NCBI GenBank assembly: GCA_048330275.1
Contig: DBFEIO010000026.1
Location: 14,662 to 78,661 of the forward strand
Direction of reading: 5' to 3'
DNA length: 64,000 bases
Source of the DNA: Collinsella sp.
GTDB taxonomy: Bacteria > Actinomycetota > Coriobacteriia > Coriobacteriales > Coriobacteriaceae
In this document: piece after piece, positions 1 to 8,847 of the stretch
Layout: each line of letters opens with the position of its first letter
How positions within the stretch are numbered: the first letter of the stretch is position 1
Made by a program: the position numbers and the translations under genes
Notes under the pieces: model-generated
What the model saw: only the letters and a program-made list of their open reading frames with translations
The model's database searches: none
Told to the model about the DNA's origin: nothing

Positions 1-331
1 CATCGAGGGCAAGCTGCGCTACCGCAGCTGGAACGACCAGCAGACCGGCCAGAAGCGCAGCGCGCTGGAGGTCGTGGTGGACGAGCTGGAGTTCATGAGC
101 GGCCAGCAACAGCAGCAGGGCTACGCGCCGCAGCAGTACGCGCCCCAGACGGCCCCGCAAGCGCCGCAGGCCCGCGCGTACGGCCAGGGACGCCCCGCCC
201 CGGCACCTGCGCCGCAGCAGCCCGCCTACGCGCCCCAGGCGGCACCTCAGCAGGCGTACGCGCCGCAGCAGCAGGCCATGCCGCAGCAGCAGGCCATGCC
301 CGATCTGTACGACGAGGATATCCCGTTTTAG
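1..331 (+). CDS. ssb: Single-stranded DNA-binding protein, C-terminal part (5' end outside the window)
   Basis: Frame 2 reads [31 protein letters not shown]. This is followed by a Gln/Pro/Ala-rich linker and the acidic tip DLYDEDIPF typical of SSB. Confidence 0.8.
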   Translation, partial: IEGKLRYRSWNDQQTGQKRSALEVVVDELEFMSGQQQQQGYAPQQYAPQTAPQAPQARAYGQGRPAPAPAPQQPAYAPQAAPQQAYAPQQQAMPQQQAMPDLYDEDIPF

Positions 332-350
332 GGAAGGCGACGGCGACACT

Positions 351-1052
351 ATGGGCATGGTTATACACGACGACTTCTGGGCGGCCGCGCAGGCCATGCC
401 CGAGAAGCAGCGCGCGCCGTTCATCTACGCCATCGTCGAGTACCGGTTCACGGGCAAGGAGCCGCAGGGCAGCCCCGCGTGGCTGCCCACCTTCCTGGTG
501 CTCAAGGGCAGGCTCGACATGGGCGACGAGAAGAGCGAGCGCGCAAGGAAGGCGGCCAACGCCCGCTGGGGCAACAGGCCGGGGAAGGAAGACGCGGTGG
601 ACGATGCGGCGGCACGGGCGCAAGCCGATGCGCAAGCACATGCGGGAGCATATGCGGATGCAGATGCAGTCGCACATGCGCAAGCAGATGCGGACGCACA
701 TGCAGGCGCATCGAGTTGCGGCAATGCAGAGGTTGAGGTTGAGGTTGAGTATATAGATAACCCCTTAATCCCCTTTGACGAAATCGTGCATGCGCTCAAC
801 GAGGCGGCCGGCACCCGCTACCGCTCAAGCAGCGCCAAGACCCGCAGGCTGATACACGCCCGCTGGGCCGAGGGCTACCGCCTCCCCGACTTCCTGGCCG
901 TCATCGACACGATGGCAGCCGAGTGGGCGGGCGACCCGAAGATGGCCAAGTACCTGCGGCCCTCCACGCTGTTCTCGCCGAAGTTCGAGGACTACGTGAA
1001 CCGCGGCCCGAGGACCCGGAAGGAGGCCGACGGCTATGCCGAGTACGACTGA
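351..1052 (+). CDS. Phage replisome organizer / replication protein with a conserved phage C-terminus
   Basis: The C-terminal block (RLIHARWAEGYRLPDFLAVIDTMAAEWAGDPKMAKYLRPSTLFSPKFEDYVN) matches my recollection of the 'conserved phage C-terminus' replication-protein family. It sits between SSB and a DnaC-like gene. The central low-complexity segment is encoded by 12-bp repeats. Confidence 0.6.
   Translation: MGMVIHDDFWAAAQAMPEKQRAPFIYAIVEYRFTGKEPQGSPAWLPTFLVLKGRLDMGDEKSERARKAANARWGNRPGKEDAVDDAAARAQADAQAHAGAYADADAVAHAQADADAHAGASSCGNAEVEVEVEYIDNPLIPFDEIVHALNEAAGTRYRSSSAKTRRLIHARWAEGYRLPDFLAVIDTMAAEWAGDPKMAKYLRPSTLFSPKFEDYVNRGPRTRKEADGYAEYD
620..760. repeat. Iteron-like array: seven 12-bp units NNNNGCASATGC (620-703), GAGGTT x3.5 (729-749), then AT-rich TATATAGATAA. 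Candidate phage origin.
   Basis: Periodicity read directly: gcaagccgatgc / gcaagcacatgc / gggagcatatgc / ggatgcagatgc / agtcgcacatgc / gcaagcagatgc / ggacgcacatgc. It is embedded in the replication gene. Confidence 0.5.
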
Positions 1053-1764
1053 GTGCCCCCACTGCGGGGCGCAGCTGGAGGGCAACTACGTGACCCTCAT
1101 GGGCCGCCGCGCGTTCTGCGGCTGGAAGCCCTGCGGCTGCCCCGGCGCGGTGGCCGAACGGGCCGAGCGGGCGCGGCAGGAGGCACGCGCCAAGGCCGAG
1201 GAGGCCGCAGCCAAGCGCCGCCGGGCCTACGAGCGTGCGGGCATCAAGCCCCGCTTCATGGCCGCCGCCTCCCCCATGGCCGAGGGCATCGCCGCGAAGG
1301 TTGAGCAAGGGCGCGGGGCGTACATCTGCGGCCCCGTGGGAACCGGCAAGACCCACCTGGCGAGCGCCGTGGCGCGGCTCCTGGTGGACGGCGGCACCAG
1401 CGTGAGGGTGACCGACATGCTGGGCGTGCTGGCCGCCATCAAGGGCACCTACGGCGGCGACGGCACCGAGGACGGCGTGCTGTCCAGGCTCTCCCGCGTG
1501 GGGTGCCTGGTGCTGGACGACCTGGGCAAGGAGTCCCCCACCGACTGGACGCTGGGGCAGGTGTTCCGCGTCGTGAACGACAGGTACGAGAACATGAGGC
1601 CCGTGGTCGTAACCACGCAGTACGGCAAGGGCGACCTCATACGCCGCCTGGCCAAGAACGGCGACGAGGAGACGGCGGTGGCCATCGTGAGCCGCCTGTC
1701 GGAGATGTGCGACAAGTACGAGCTGCAAGGCAGGGACAGGAGGCTATCGAATGGCAAACGTTGA
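1036..1764 (+). CDS. DnaC/IstB-like AAA+ helicase loader with an N-terminal Cys-rich zinc motif
   Basis: Walker A (GPVGTGKTHLA) and Walker B (LVLDDLGKE) are present. N-terminal CPHCG...CGWKPCGC. It overlaps the previous gene by 17 nt. Confidence 0.75.
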   Translation: MPSTTECPHCGAQLEGNYVTLMGRRAFCGWKPCGCPGAVAERAERARQEARAKAEEAAAKRRRAYERAGIKPRFMAAASPMAEGIAAKVEQGRGAYICGPVGTGKTHLASAVARLLVDGGTSVRVTDMLGVLAAIKGTYGGDGTEDGVLSRLSRVGCLVLDDLGKESPTDWTLGQVFRVVNDRYENMRPVVVTTQYGKGDLIRRLAKNGDEETAVAIVSRLSEMCDKYELQGRDRRLSNGKR

Positions 1765-2146
1765 CACGCTGCCCGAGATCCTGCGCCCCCTCATGGAGGG
1801 GCCGAGCATCGAGACGCCCAGGTGCGCCGTGTGCGGCGCGCCGTGGCCGCTCAACCGCCACCACATCGTGAGGCGCGGGGCTGGCAAGCTGTTCCGCGAC
1901 GGGCGCGAGGTTCCCAAGCCCACGGTGATGCTGTGCGGCAGCGGCAACGGCAGCGGCTGCCACGGGCTGGCGCACGCCAACCGGCTGCACTTCCGCTGGG
2001 TCAGGGCCGAGCAGAGGTTCAACCGCCCCGCCCCGCCGGGCTCGGGGCACTGGGAGTACCTGCTGCTGCCGGAACCGACCAAGTACGCGGATGCCCTGGC
2101 CATGGACGGCTGGGGGCGGCTGCCGAGGGGCAGGCGGTGCATGTGA
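1751..2146 (+). CDS. HNH-like nuclease
   Basis: The arrangement CAVCG...NRHHIVRR...CGSGNGSGCHGLAH resembles an HNH/zinc-finger motif. Confidence 0.5.
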   Translation: MANVDTLPEILRPLMEGPSIETPRCAVCGAPWPLNRHHIVRRGAGKLFRDGREVPKPTVMLCGSGNGSGCHGLAHANRLHFRWVRAEQRFNRPAPPGSGHWEYLLLPEPTKYADALAMDGWGRLPRGRRCM

Positions 2147-2391
2147 GCGGGTACGAGCCTTCAAGCGGGTGGAACCTCCCGCCCGGGTGCTTCGAGTCCG
2201 ACCCCAGGGCACCGTGGAACCGGCCCGACCCGTGGGAGGGCCGCACGTGCCGGGAGTGCCGCTTCTGCGGCCGCGTGCAGGGCGCTGGCGGCGAGGCCGT
2301 GTGCGCCCGCGACGCCATGACGGGCGGCGGCCCCGACGTGGAGGCGGTAGACGAGACAAGCGAGGCATGCGAGTGCTTCGAGTTCGAATAG
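2143..2391 (+). CDS. Hypothetical Cys-rich small protein
   Basis: GTG start overlaps the preceding stop (ATGTGA). Contains CRECRFCG...CECFEFE. Coding call rests on context only. Confidence 0.35.
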   Translation: MSGYEPSSGWNLPPGCFESDPRAPWNRPDPWEGRTCRECRFCGRVQGAGGEAVCARDAMTGGGPDVEAVDETSEACECFEFE

Positions 2392-2402
2392 GAGACGAAA
2401 CG

Positions 2403-2612
2403 ATGAAGAAGATCTACGCAGTGGCCACGGAGAGCGACGTGGTGCTGGCGTTCGAGAGCAGATCGGACGCAGACGAGTACGCAGGCGAGCACGACGGCAT
2501 GGCGGTGCTGCCGGTGCCGTGCGTGGGGGCCTACGAGTACCCCAGCGAGAAGCCGGCCACCGACTGGGACCGAATCGCCGACGCTCTGCCGAAGGGAGGC
2601 GAGCAGGCATGA
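2403..2612 (+). CDS. Hypothetical phage protein
   Basis: ATG preceded by AGGAGA. 69 aa, same strand, tightly packed with neighbours. Confidence 0.45.
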   Translation: MKKIYAVATESDVVLAFESRSDADEYAGEHDGMAVLPVPCVGAYEYPSEKPATDWDRIADALPKGGEQA

Positions 2613-2800
2613 GGCTGTACATGTGCGCATGCGAACGCTGCGGCAAGGAGGTGCCGGCGACCCTGGCGGGCTACGCCAAGATGGTGCTGGGGAACAGCGC
2701 GCGAATCGACGGCAAGGCAAGGGCCTTGTGCCCGGAGTGCGCCGAGAGCCTGCGGGCGTGGTTCCTCGCAGGCGCGGCGAAGCCGGAAGGAAGGGAGTAG
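2609..2800 (+). CDS. Hypothetical zinc-ribbon protein
   Basis: CACERCG...CPEC motif. ATGA overlap with the upstream ORF. GGGAGG ribosome-binding site (RBS). Confidence 0.45.
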   Translation: MRLYMCACERCGKEVPATLAGYAKMVLGNSARIDGKARALCPECAESLRAWFLAGAAKPEGRE

Positions 2801-2802
2801 CC

Positions 2803-3309
2803 ATGGGAATCATCTGCGAGACCTGCGGGCGCGATATCGACGCCCTTGGGCAGGACAACATGGGCGTGGACGCGCCGCTGTGCGAGGACTGCTGGAACGA
2901 GCAGCAGGGCCACGCGGTGGCCGCGCTGCGCCGCGAGGTTCGCAACCTGAGGTTCAAGAACGCCCGGCTGCGCGAGGAGCTGGACGCCGTGACCGAAGAG
3001 ACGGCCTTGCAGAACCTGCGCAAGGGCATCGAGACGGCCTACGAGGCGAGCCGCGAGCGCGCCCTGGCGCTCACGAAGCTGGACGAGTGCGAGTTGTGGC
3101 TGGGGCGCTGCGAGCCGAGGGCGACAGCGTCACCGACGCTCAAGGGCGCGGCCCAGGACGCCGCCATGCCTTGCCTCAAGGCCGAAGAGGCGCGCGGTTT
3201 CGCGATGCCCGACGTGAACGTGGAGGTGAAGGCCGAGGTAACGGCCGAGGAGCTGGCCAAGAGCCTGCGCGAGGCCATGAAGCCGGCCATGCGGATGGCG
3301 GTGGAGTAG
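2803..3309 (+). CDS. Hypothetical zinc-ribbon plus coiled-coil protein
   Basis: CETCG...CEDC at the N-terminus, then a heptad-like helical segment. GGGAG RBS. Confidence 0.5.
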   Translation: MGIICETCGRDIDALGQDNMGVDAPLCEDCWNEQQGHAVAALRREVRNLRFKNARLREELDAVTEETALQNLRKGIETAYEASRERALALTKLDECELWLGRCEPRATASPTLKGAAQDAAMPCLKAEEARGFAMPDVNVEVKAEVTAEELAKSLREAMKPAMRMAVE

Positions 3310-3311
3310 CC

Positions 3312-3497
3312 ATGGAGCAGCAGACCGAGAAGCCGAAGCGCCGACCCAGCATCGAGGTGCGCTGCCCGAAGTGCGGCATGCGCGAGATCTGGCACCACCT
3401 GCCCAGGGGCGGCGACCGCTGCCGCTGGTGCGGCCACCTGTTCGAGGACTTCACCTACCGCAAGGTCGGGCCGAGCGCGAAGGAGGGGGCGCAATGA
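3312..3497 (+). CDS. Hypothetical zinc-ribbon protein
   Basis: CPKCG...CRWCG motif. Starts 3 nt after the previous stop. Confidence 0.45.
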   Translation: MEQQTEKPKRRPSIEVRCPKCGMREIWHHLPRGGDRCRWCGHLFEDFTYRKVGPSAKEGAQ

Positions 3498-3715
3498 CGA
3501 ACTGGGAGCACCTTTTCGGCACGCCCGAGCGGGCCATCCACACGGAGGTGGAGTTCCACTCGTGGCCCTTCTTCATCGCCGTGCATGAGACGAGCCGCAT
3601 GAGCAGCTGCACTACCAGCAAGCGGCTGCTGGCAAGCTTCTACGAGGAGGCCGACTACCTGGAATGGCTCAAGGCCGAGCATGACGACGGCACCGTCGAG
3701 TTGGAGGACGAATGA
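3494..3715 (+). CDS. Hypothetical phage protein
   Basis: ATGA overlap with the upstream ORF. AGGAGGGGG RBS. Confidence 0.45.
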   Translation: MTNWEHLFGTPERAIHTEVEFHSWPFFIAVHETSRMSSCTTSKRLLASFYEEADYLEWLKAEHDDGTVELEDE

Positions 3716-3846
3716 ACCGCCCGGGATGCAACTGGGGCTGCCTGCTTTTCATAGCGGCGGCGATCGCCATAGACGTGGCCGCGTTCTTCGCCATGCGCGC
3801 GCTGGCGGCCGGCCTCGTGGCCATGGCAGCGGCGGCGTGCGGATAG
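3712..3846 (+). CDS. Possible 44-aa membrane peptide
   Basis: ATGA overlap with the upstream ORF. Translation: MNRPGCNWGCLLFIAAAIAIDVAAFFAMRALAAGLVAMAAAACG. Below the ORF-track length cutoff. Confidence 0.3.
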   Translation: MNRPGCNWGCLLFIAAAIAIDVAAFFAMRALAAGLVAMAAAACG

Positions 3847-3874
3847 GGGCAACCGAATACGGAAACAGGCAGAG

Positions 3875-3914
3875 GGCCGTCCTTCGGGGCGGCCTTTTCC
3901 GTGCCCGGCGACAC
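3875..3914 (+). terminator. Rho-independent terminator (8-bp stem, UUCG loop, T-run) followed by a conserved TGCCCGGCGACAC box
   Basis: ggccgtcc-ttcg-gggcggcc then ttttcc; the box lies at 3902-3914. Confidence 0.6.
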
Positions 3915-3958
3915 GCTTGCGACCATATGGGCCGAAAGATAAGGGAAGGAGGCCGCAG

Positions 3959-4390
3959 GTGCCCAAGAAGGACAAGCCGCTCACGGCGAAGCAGGAAGCG
4001 TTCGCCCGCGAGATGGCCAAGCCCCGCGCCAAGCAGCAGGACGCGTACCGCGCGGCCTACGACTGCAAGCGCATGAACTACAACTCGATAAGCTGCGCCG
4101 CCTCCAAGCTGATGCGCGACCCACGAATCGCGCACAGAATCCAGGAAATCCGCGACGCGGCCGCCAAGGACTGCCGCTGGGAGCTGCAGGACGCGGCCGC
4201 CCCGCTGTTCGAGGTGCTGGACGGCGCGCTGCCCATCTTCCGCCGCCAGGCGGCCGAGGGCAGCATCAACGGCGACGCGCGCCTGGCCATAACCGAGAGC
4301 GTGAAGCTGCTCAACGACATGTTCGGCGTGGACGGCGCGAAGGCCGCCATGGCGGAGGCGGGGGTGACTATCGTTGACGACCTCGGTTAG
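3959..4390 (+). CDS. Terminase small subunit
   Basis: LTAKQEAFAREMAKPRAKQQDAYRAAYDCK...SKLMRDPRIAHRIQEIRD resembles the TerS helix-turn-helix N-terminus. It lies immediately upstream of TerL. GTG at 3959 follows GGAAGGAGG; the ORF-track start at 3917 is TTG. Confidence 0.65.
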   Translation: MPKKDKPLTAKQEAFAREMAKPRAKQQDAYRAAYDCKRMNYNSISCAASKLMRDPRIAHRIQEIRDAAAKDCRWELQDAAAPLFEVLDGALPIFRRQAAEGSINGDARLAITESVKLLNDMFGVDGAKAAMAEAGVTIVDDLG

Positions 4391-5657
4391 GCTCTCGGAC
4401 GTCGTGGCCTCCGTGTTCGCCGGCGTGTGGCGCTCCATCAAGGCGCACGAGTTCACGCACTACTGGTTCAAGGGCGGGCGCAACTCCACCAAGTCGTCGT
4501 TCATATCCATCGCCATCGTGCTGCTGATCATGCTCAACCCGGAGGCCAACGCCGTCGTGCTGCGCAAGGTCGGCAACACGCTGCGCACGTCCGTGTACGA
4601 GCAGATAGGCTGGGCGTGCGACGTGCTGGGCGTGGCGCACCTGTTCGACTTCGGCCTGTCCCCCATGGAGGTGACGTACCGCCCCACCGGGCAGGTCATA
4701 CGCTTTGTGGGATGCGACAAGCCGAAGAAGCTGAAGTCCGCGAAGTTCCGCACCGGCTACTGCGCCGTGGTGTGGTTCGAGGAGGTAGACGAGTTCGATG
4801 GCATGGACGAGGTGCGCAGCGTGCTGGCCACGTTCCTGCGCGGCGGCGACATGTTCTGGGTGTTCTACAGCTACAACCCTCCCCGCTCGGCTCGCAACTG
4901 GGTGAACAAGGAGGCGCGCGACCTGGAGGCCCACCCGGGCGAGGACGGGCGCTTCATATGCCACACCACGTACCTGGACGTCATAGACGAGCACCCCGAG
5001 TGGATAAGCGCCACGGCGCTGGCGGAGGCCGAGCGCAGCCGCCGCAAGACGCCAGACTCTTACCGCTGGCAATGGCTCGGCGAGGTTATCGGCACGGGCT
5101 CCGAGGTGTTCCCAGACGAGCTGCTGGACATACGCCCCATAACGGACGAGGAGCGCGCGTCCATCTCCCTGCGCTCGTTCGGCGTGGACGCGGGCAGCGT
5201 GCACCCGTGGGTGTTCATGGAGGCGGGATACGACGAGAACGAGCGCGTGCTTTACCTGCTGGACGAGGAGAGCCGCCAGGGAACCGAGGCCATCGACGTC
5301 AAGACCGCCGAGCTGGTGGCGGCCAAGCTGCAAGCGGCCGAGGACCCCGCCGCCGACGTGTGGTGCGACAGCGCGGCGCGCGGCATGATCCTCTACTACC
5401 AGGAGCAGGGCATCGGCGCGCAGAAGTCGCTCAAGCAGGGCCTGAACGCGCCCAAGAGCCGCATCAGGTGGATGCAGAACCTTACGCGCATAGTCATCGA
5501 CCCCGACCGCTGCCCGCTCGCCGCCAAGGAGTTCCCCGAGTTCGAGTACGTGTCGAACGGGCAGGGCGACATAACCGAGACACTGCCGAAGGTGAACGAC
5601 GACGCGATAGACGCGGCGGGCTACGCCGCAGGACTGTGGATAAGGAGCAACCTCTGA
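4374..5657 (+). CDS. Terminase large subunit (PBSX-like family)
   Basis: Walker-A-like WFKGGRNSTKSS, acidic VVWFEEVDE, and a C-terminal nuclease-like region. The start codon is uncertain (TTG at 4374). Confidence 0.85.
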   Translation: MTTSVRLSDVVASVFAGVWRSIKAHEFTHYWFKGGRNSTKSSFISIAIVLLIMLNPEANAVVLRKVGNTLRTSVYEQIGWACDVLGVAHLFDFGLSPMEVTYRPTGQVIRFVGCDKPKKLKSAKFRTGYCAVVWFEEVDEFDGMDEVRSVLATFLRGGDMFWVFYSYNPPRSARNWVNKEARDLEAHPGEDGRFICHTTYLDVIDEHPEWISATALAEAERSRRKTPDSYRWQWLGEVIGTGSEVFPDELLDIRPITDEERASISLRSFGVDAGSVHPWVFMEAGYDENERVLYLLDEESRQGTEAIDVKTAELVAAKLQAAEDPAADVWCDSAARGMILYYQEQGIGAQKSLKQGLNAPKSRIRWMQNLTRIVIDPDRCPLAAKEFPEFEYVSNGQGDITETLPKVNDDAIDAAGYAAGLWIRSNL

Positions 5658-7171
5658 TGGAGAAGCGAGGCAACACGGGCTACGCCGAGGCGTGGCTGCG
5701 CCGCATGGGATACCAGCCGGACACCCGCATGCAGGGCATGGTGGGCGTCTGGTTCGGCTGGTTCGCGGCGAACAACGGCTGGTACCACTACAGCGAGCGG
5801 CGCGGCTTCCGCGTGTACAAGCGCGAGCGCGCCAGCCTGCACCCGGCGACGCTCGTGGCCGACGAGTGGGCCAGTCTGCTCATGAACGAGAGCACGATCA
5901 TCTCCAGCACGAGCGACGAGCGCCGCGCCTGGATGGCGCGCTACTTCGCCAACCCCACGGCGACGGGCGGCGTCGGCGACGAGGGGCACGAGGACGGCCA
6001 GGCCGCGCCGCAGCCGACAGAGGACGGCGACGCGCCCACATCGTTCGCCATGGACAACGCCGACTTCATAGCCCGCGCGTTCGCCATGGGCACGGGCGCG
6101 TGGGTCATCGAGCCGCGAGGCGTAACCGACAGCGCCTACACGCCCGACGCCGAGCTGCGCATCGTGCGCTACGACGCCACGCAGATAGTCCCGCTCACGT
6201 GGAGCGCCGACGACTGCACGCAGTGCGCGTTCGTGGGCCGCGTGGAGGTCGCCGGGCGCGACTACGACCAGTGCCAGGCCCACGTGCTCAAGGGCGGCAC
6301 CTACCACATCCTCACGCAGCTGTTCGACACCCGCACGCACAAGCAGGTGACGGTCGAGGGCATCAGCGCCGACATGGACACGCGCTGCACCCGCCCGCTT
6401 TTCGCGCTGGTGCGCCCCGCCGTGTCGAACCGCTTCTACGACTACTGTGCGATGGGCGCGAGCGTGTACTGCAACGCCGTGGGGGCCATGAAGGTGGTCG
6501 ACGAGGCCGCCACCTCCCTGCTCGACCACATTCGCGTGGGCCGCCCGCGCACGTTCGTGGACAAGACCCTCATAGAGTCCAAGACCGACAAGGGGCCGGA
6601 CGGCAGCCTCACGAAGACCTACTACGCCTTCGGCGAGGCCGACGACACCATCTTCAGCATGAACCCCGGCGACGAGGGGTCGGCCAAGATTCAGACCGTT
6701 CAGAGCGACCTCAAGGCCGACGAGAACGCCAGCGCCATCAACACGGGCCTGCGCCTGCTGTCGGTAGCGTGCGGCTTCGGCAACGGCTACTTCTCCTGGG
6801 AGTCGCACACGGGCCTGAAGACCGCCAAGGAGGTGGCGGCCGACAACTCGCAGCTGATGCGATCCATCCACCGGCACGAGAACGCCCTGCGCAAGTCCAT
6901 CGTGCGCCTCGTGAACGGCATGGCCGACGCGTGCCGCAGCATCAAGGGCGAGGCCGTGCCCTACGGCGACGTCACCGTGGACTTCGACGACTCCATCATC
7001 AGCGACACGCAGAGCGCGCGCGAGATGGCCATGAGCGAGGTCGGCGCGGGCATCATGGCCCCGTGGGAGTACCGCCGCCGCTTCTACGGCGAGACCAGCA
7101 ACGAGGCCAAGGCCAACGTGCCCGAGCAGCAGGGCGGCGCGTTCGACATGCTGGGCGACGGGCTCGCCTGA
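5657..7171 (+). CDS. Portal protein
   Basis: 504 aa, directly after TerL with an ATGA overlap. Position and size are typical of a portal; the SPP1 Gp6-like assignment is from recollection. Confidence 0.8.
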   Translation: MEKRGNTGYAEAWLRRMGYQPDTRMQGMVGVWFGWFAANNGWYHYSERRGFRVYKRERASLHPATLVADEWASLLMNESTIISSTSDERRAWMARYFANPTATGGVGDEGHEDGQAAPQPTEDGDAPTSFAMDNADFIARAFAMGTGAWVIEPRGVTDSAYTPDAELRIVRYDATQIVPLTWSADDCTQCAFVGRVEVAGRDYDQCQAHVLKGGTYHILTQLFDTRTHKQVTVEGISADMDTRCTRPLFALVRPAVSNRFYDYCAMGASVYCNAVGAMKVVDEAATSLLDHIRVGRPRTFVDKTLIESKTDKGPDGSLTKTYYAFGEADDTIFSMNPGDEGSAKIQTVQSDLKADENASAINTGLRLLSVACGFGNGYFSWESHTGLKTAKEVAADNSQLMRSIHRHENALRKSIVRLVNGMADACRSIKGEAVPYGDVTVDFDDSIISDTQSAREMAMSEVGAGIMAPWEYRRRFYGETSNEAKANVPEQQGGAFDMLGDGLA

Positions 7172-8847
7172 TGCTGGGGCCGGACTACATAGAGCACTTC
7201 ACCGACGCGGCGCAGGGGGCCATGGACGAGTACACCCTGCGCCTGGTGTGCATCTACGCCGCGCTCATAGGCTCCATCGACTTCGAGGGCGACAGCGCCT
7301 ACTCGCAGGCCGCCCGCAGGGCGACGCTTGCCGCCAAGGACGTGCAGAAGGCCATGAACGACGAGGGCCGCAGAGCCGCGCGCGAGGCTGCCAAGGCTGC
7401 GGCCGAGGCCGTGGCCAAGAGCGCCGAGGCCGACCTGGCCACGCTGGGCACGGCCATGGGCGCGCTGTCCAAGGCGATGCAGTGGAGGCTGCACAACTCC
7501 GCGCGGGCCACGGCGGCGGGAGTGCAGGACGTCGTGAGCCGCGACAACCTGAAGATGCCCGCCAACGTGCAGCGCGCCTACCTCGAAGTCGTGGCGCAGG
7601 CCGTGGCTCGGGTGAACTCGGGCATGGCGGGCTACGAGCAGGCCACCCGCGAGGCCGTGCTGAAGCTGGCGCGGCGCGGCGTGTCCGTCGTGGACTACAA
7701 GAGCGGGGCGTGGGCGCAGGCCGACGTGGCCATGCGCCGCCACATCCGCACCCAAGCGGTGCAGGCGGGCAGCCGCAACACGCTGGAGCTGCTTGAGGAG
7801 ACCGGGCACGACCTCGTGCAGACCTCCTCGCACGGCGGGGCGCGCGAGAGCCACGCCAAGTGGCAGGGCCGCGTGTTCAGCCTGTCGGGCAAGTCCAAGA
7901 AGTACCCGCCGTTCTACCGCGAGACGGGCTACGGCTCTGTCGATGGCCTGTGCGGCGCGAACTGCAAGCATGACTTCGGCATCTACGTGGAGGGCCAGCC
8001 GCTGCGCTACGAGCGCGACCCCGACGGAGGCGACGAGAAGCGCGAGGAGCGATACCAGGCCAGCCAGCAGCAGCGCGCCATCGAGCGCGAGGTGCGCACC
8101 ACGAGGCGCGAGGCCGCCGCGCTCGAAGCGGCTGGCATCGACAACACCAAGGAGCGCATGAAGCTGAGCAGACTCCAGCAGAAGCGCCGCGACCTCGTGG
8201 CGAAGTACCCGCACCTGGACGCAGAGCACGGGCGCGAGAACCCCTACGAGACGGGCAGCAAGGTGTACGCCCTCACCCGCCAGAAGGTGAGCCGCACGGC
8301 CTACATGGCGCACCCGAACACCAAGGCGCTCATAGCCGAGGCAGGCGTGAGCCAGAAGCGCGTGGGCGAACTGGTCAAGGCCAGCGGCGATGGCTTCGAG
8401 CTGAAAACCGCAGCAGAGCGCCGCGCGGCGCTGGACAACGCCATCAAGCGCGCCAAGGCCGAGAAGGAACGCGACCGGCGCGTGGCGAACGCCGCAGCCA
8501 TGGAGGTGCACGCAGACAAGCAGGCCAAGCACATCGCGGGCAGCCGCCAGCACGAGCAGTACGTTGCGAACCTGAAGCGCAAGGGCGGCGCGTACAAGGA
8601 GCCGAGCGGCATCACGGTGACGCTTGAGGAGGTGCGCGACCTCATAGCGAAGCACGCGGGCACGGGCACGGCGCAGACCACCAGAAGCGGCAAATGGAGC
8701 GGGCGCGAAACATGCGACGCCGGGCGTGTGATCGGCTACGTGATAGGCGATAATGGGGAGCACATACCGACGACGCGCTTCACCATCCACTACGCCGACG
8801 GCGACGTGCACATAGTCCCGACCAAACCAGAGGAGGCACAGCAATGA
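7171..8847 (+). CDS. MuF/SPP1 gp7-like minor head protein with a long C-terminal extension ending in a toxin-like domain
   Basis: The MuF core (SSHGGARESHAKWQGRVFS...GANCKHDF) is followed by a coiled linker and a terminal ~110 aa: KHIAGSRQH...AGTGT...TTRFTIHYADGDVHIVPTKP. Confidence 0.8.
   Translation: MLGPDYIEHFTDAAQGAMDEYTLRLVCIYAALIGSIDFEGDSAYSQAARRATLAAKDVQKAMNDEGRRAAREAAKAAAEAVAKSAEADLATLGTAMGALSKAMQWRLHNSARATAAGVQDVVSRDNLKMPANVQRAYLEVVAQAVARVNSGMAGYEQATREAVLKLARRGVSVVDYKSGAWAQADVAMRRHIRTQAVQAGSRNTLELLEETGHDLVQTSSHGGARESHAKWQGRVFSLSGKSKKYPPFYRETGYGSVDGLCGANCKHDFGIYVEGQPLRYERDPDGGDEKREERYQASQQQRAIEREVRTTRREAAALEAAGIDNTKERMKLSRLQQKRRDLVAKYPHLDAEHGRENPYETGSKVYALTRQKVSRTAYMAHPNTKALIAEAGVSQKRVGELVKASGDGFELKTAAERRAALDNAIKRAKAEKERDRRVANAAAMEVHADKQAKHIAGSRQHEQYVANLKRKGGAYKEPSGITVTLEEVRDLIAKHAGTGTAQTTRSGKWSGRETCDAGRVIGYVIGDNGEHIPTTRFTIHYADGDVHIVPTKPEEAQQ

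Noticed and set aside
5621-8844. Very long antisense ORFs (5621-6877, 418 aa; 7084-8844, 586 aa). Similar cases are 14931-16853, 17407-19305, 20995-22341, 43667-45424, 36794-37657, 38575-39717, 53101-54363, 55261-56769, 57884-59050 and 61114-63201.
   Set aside because: These are shadow ORFs, typical of high-GC DNA. Their translations are Arg/Ala/Gly/His-rich low-complexity strings with no motifs. The opposite strand in each case carries a gene with clear family signatures and proper RBS and coupling.
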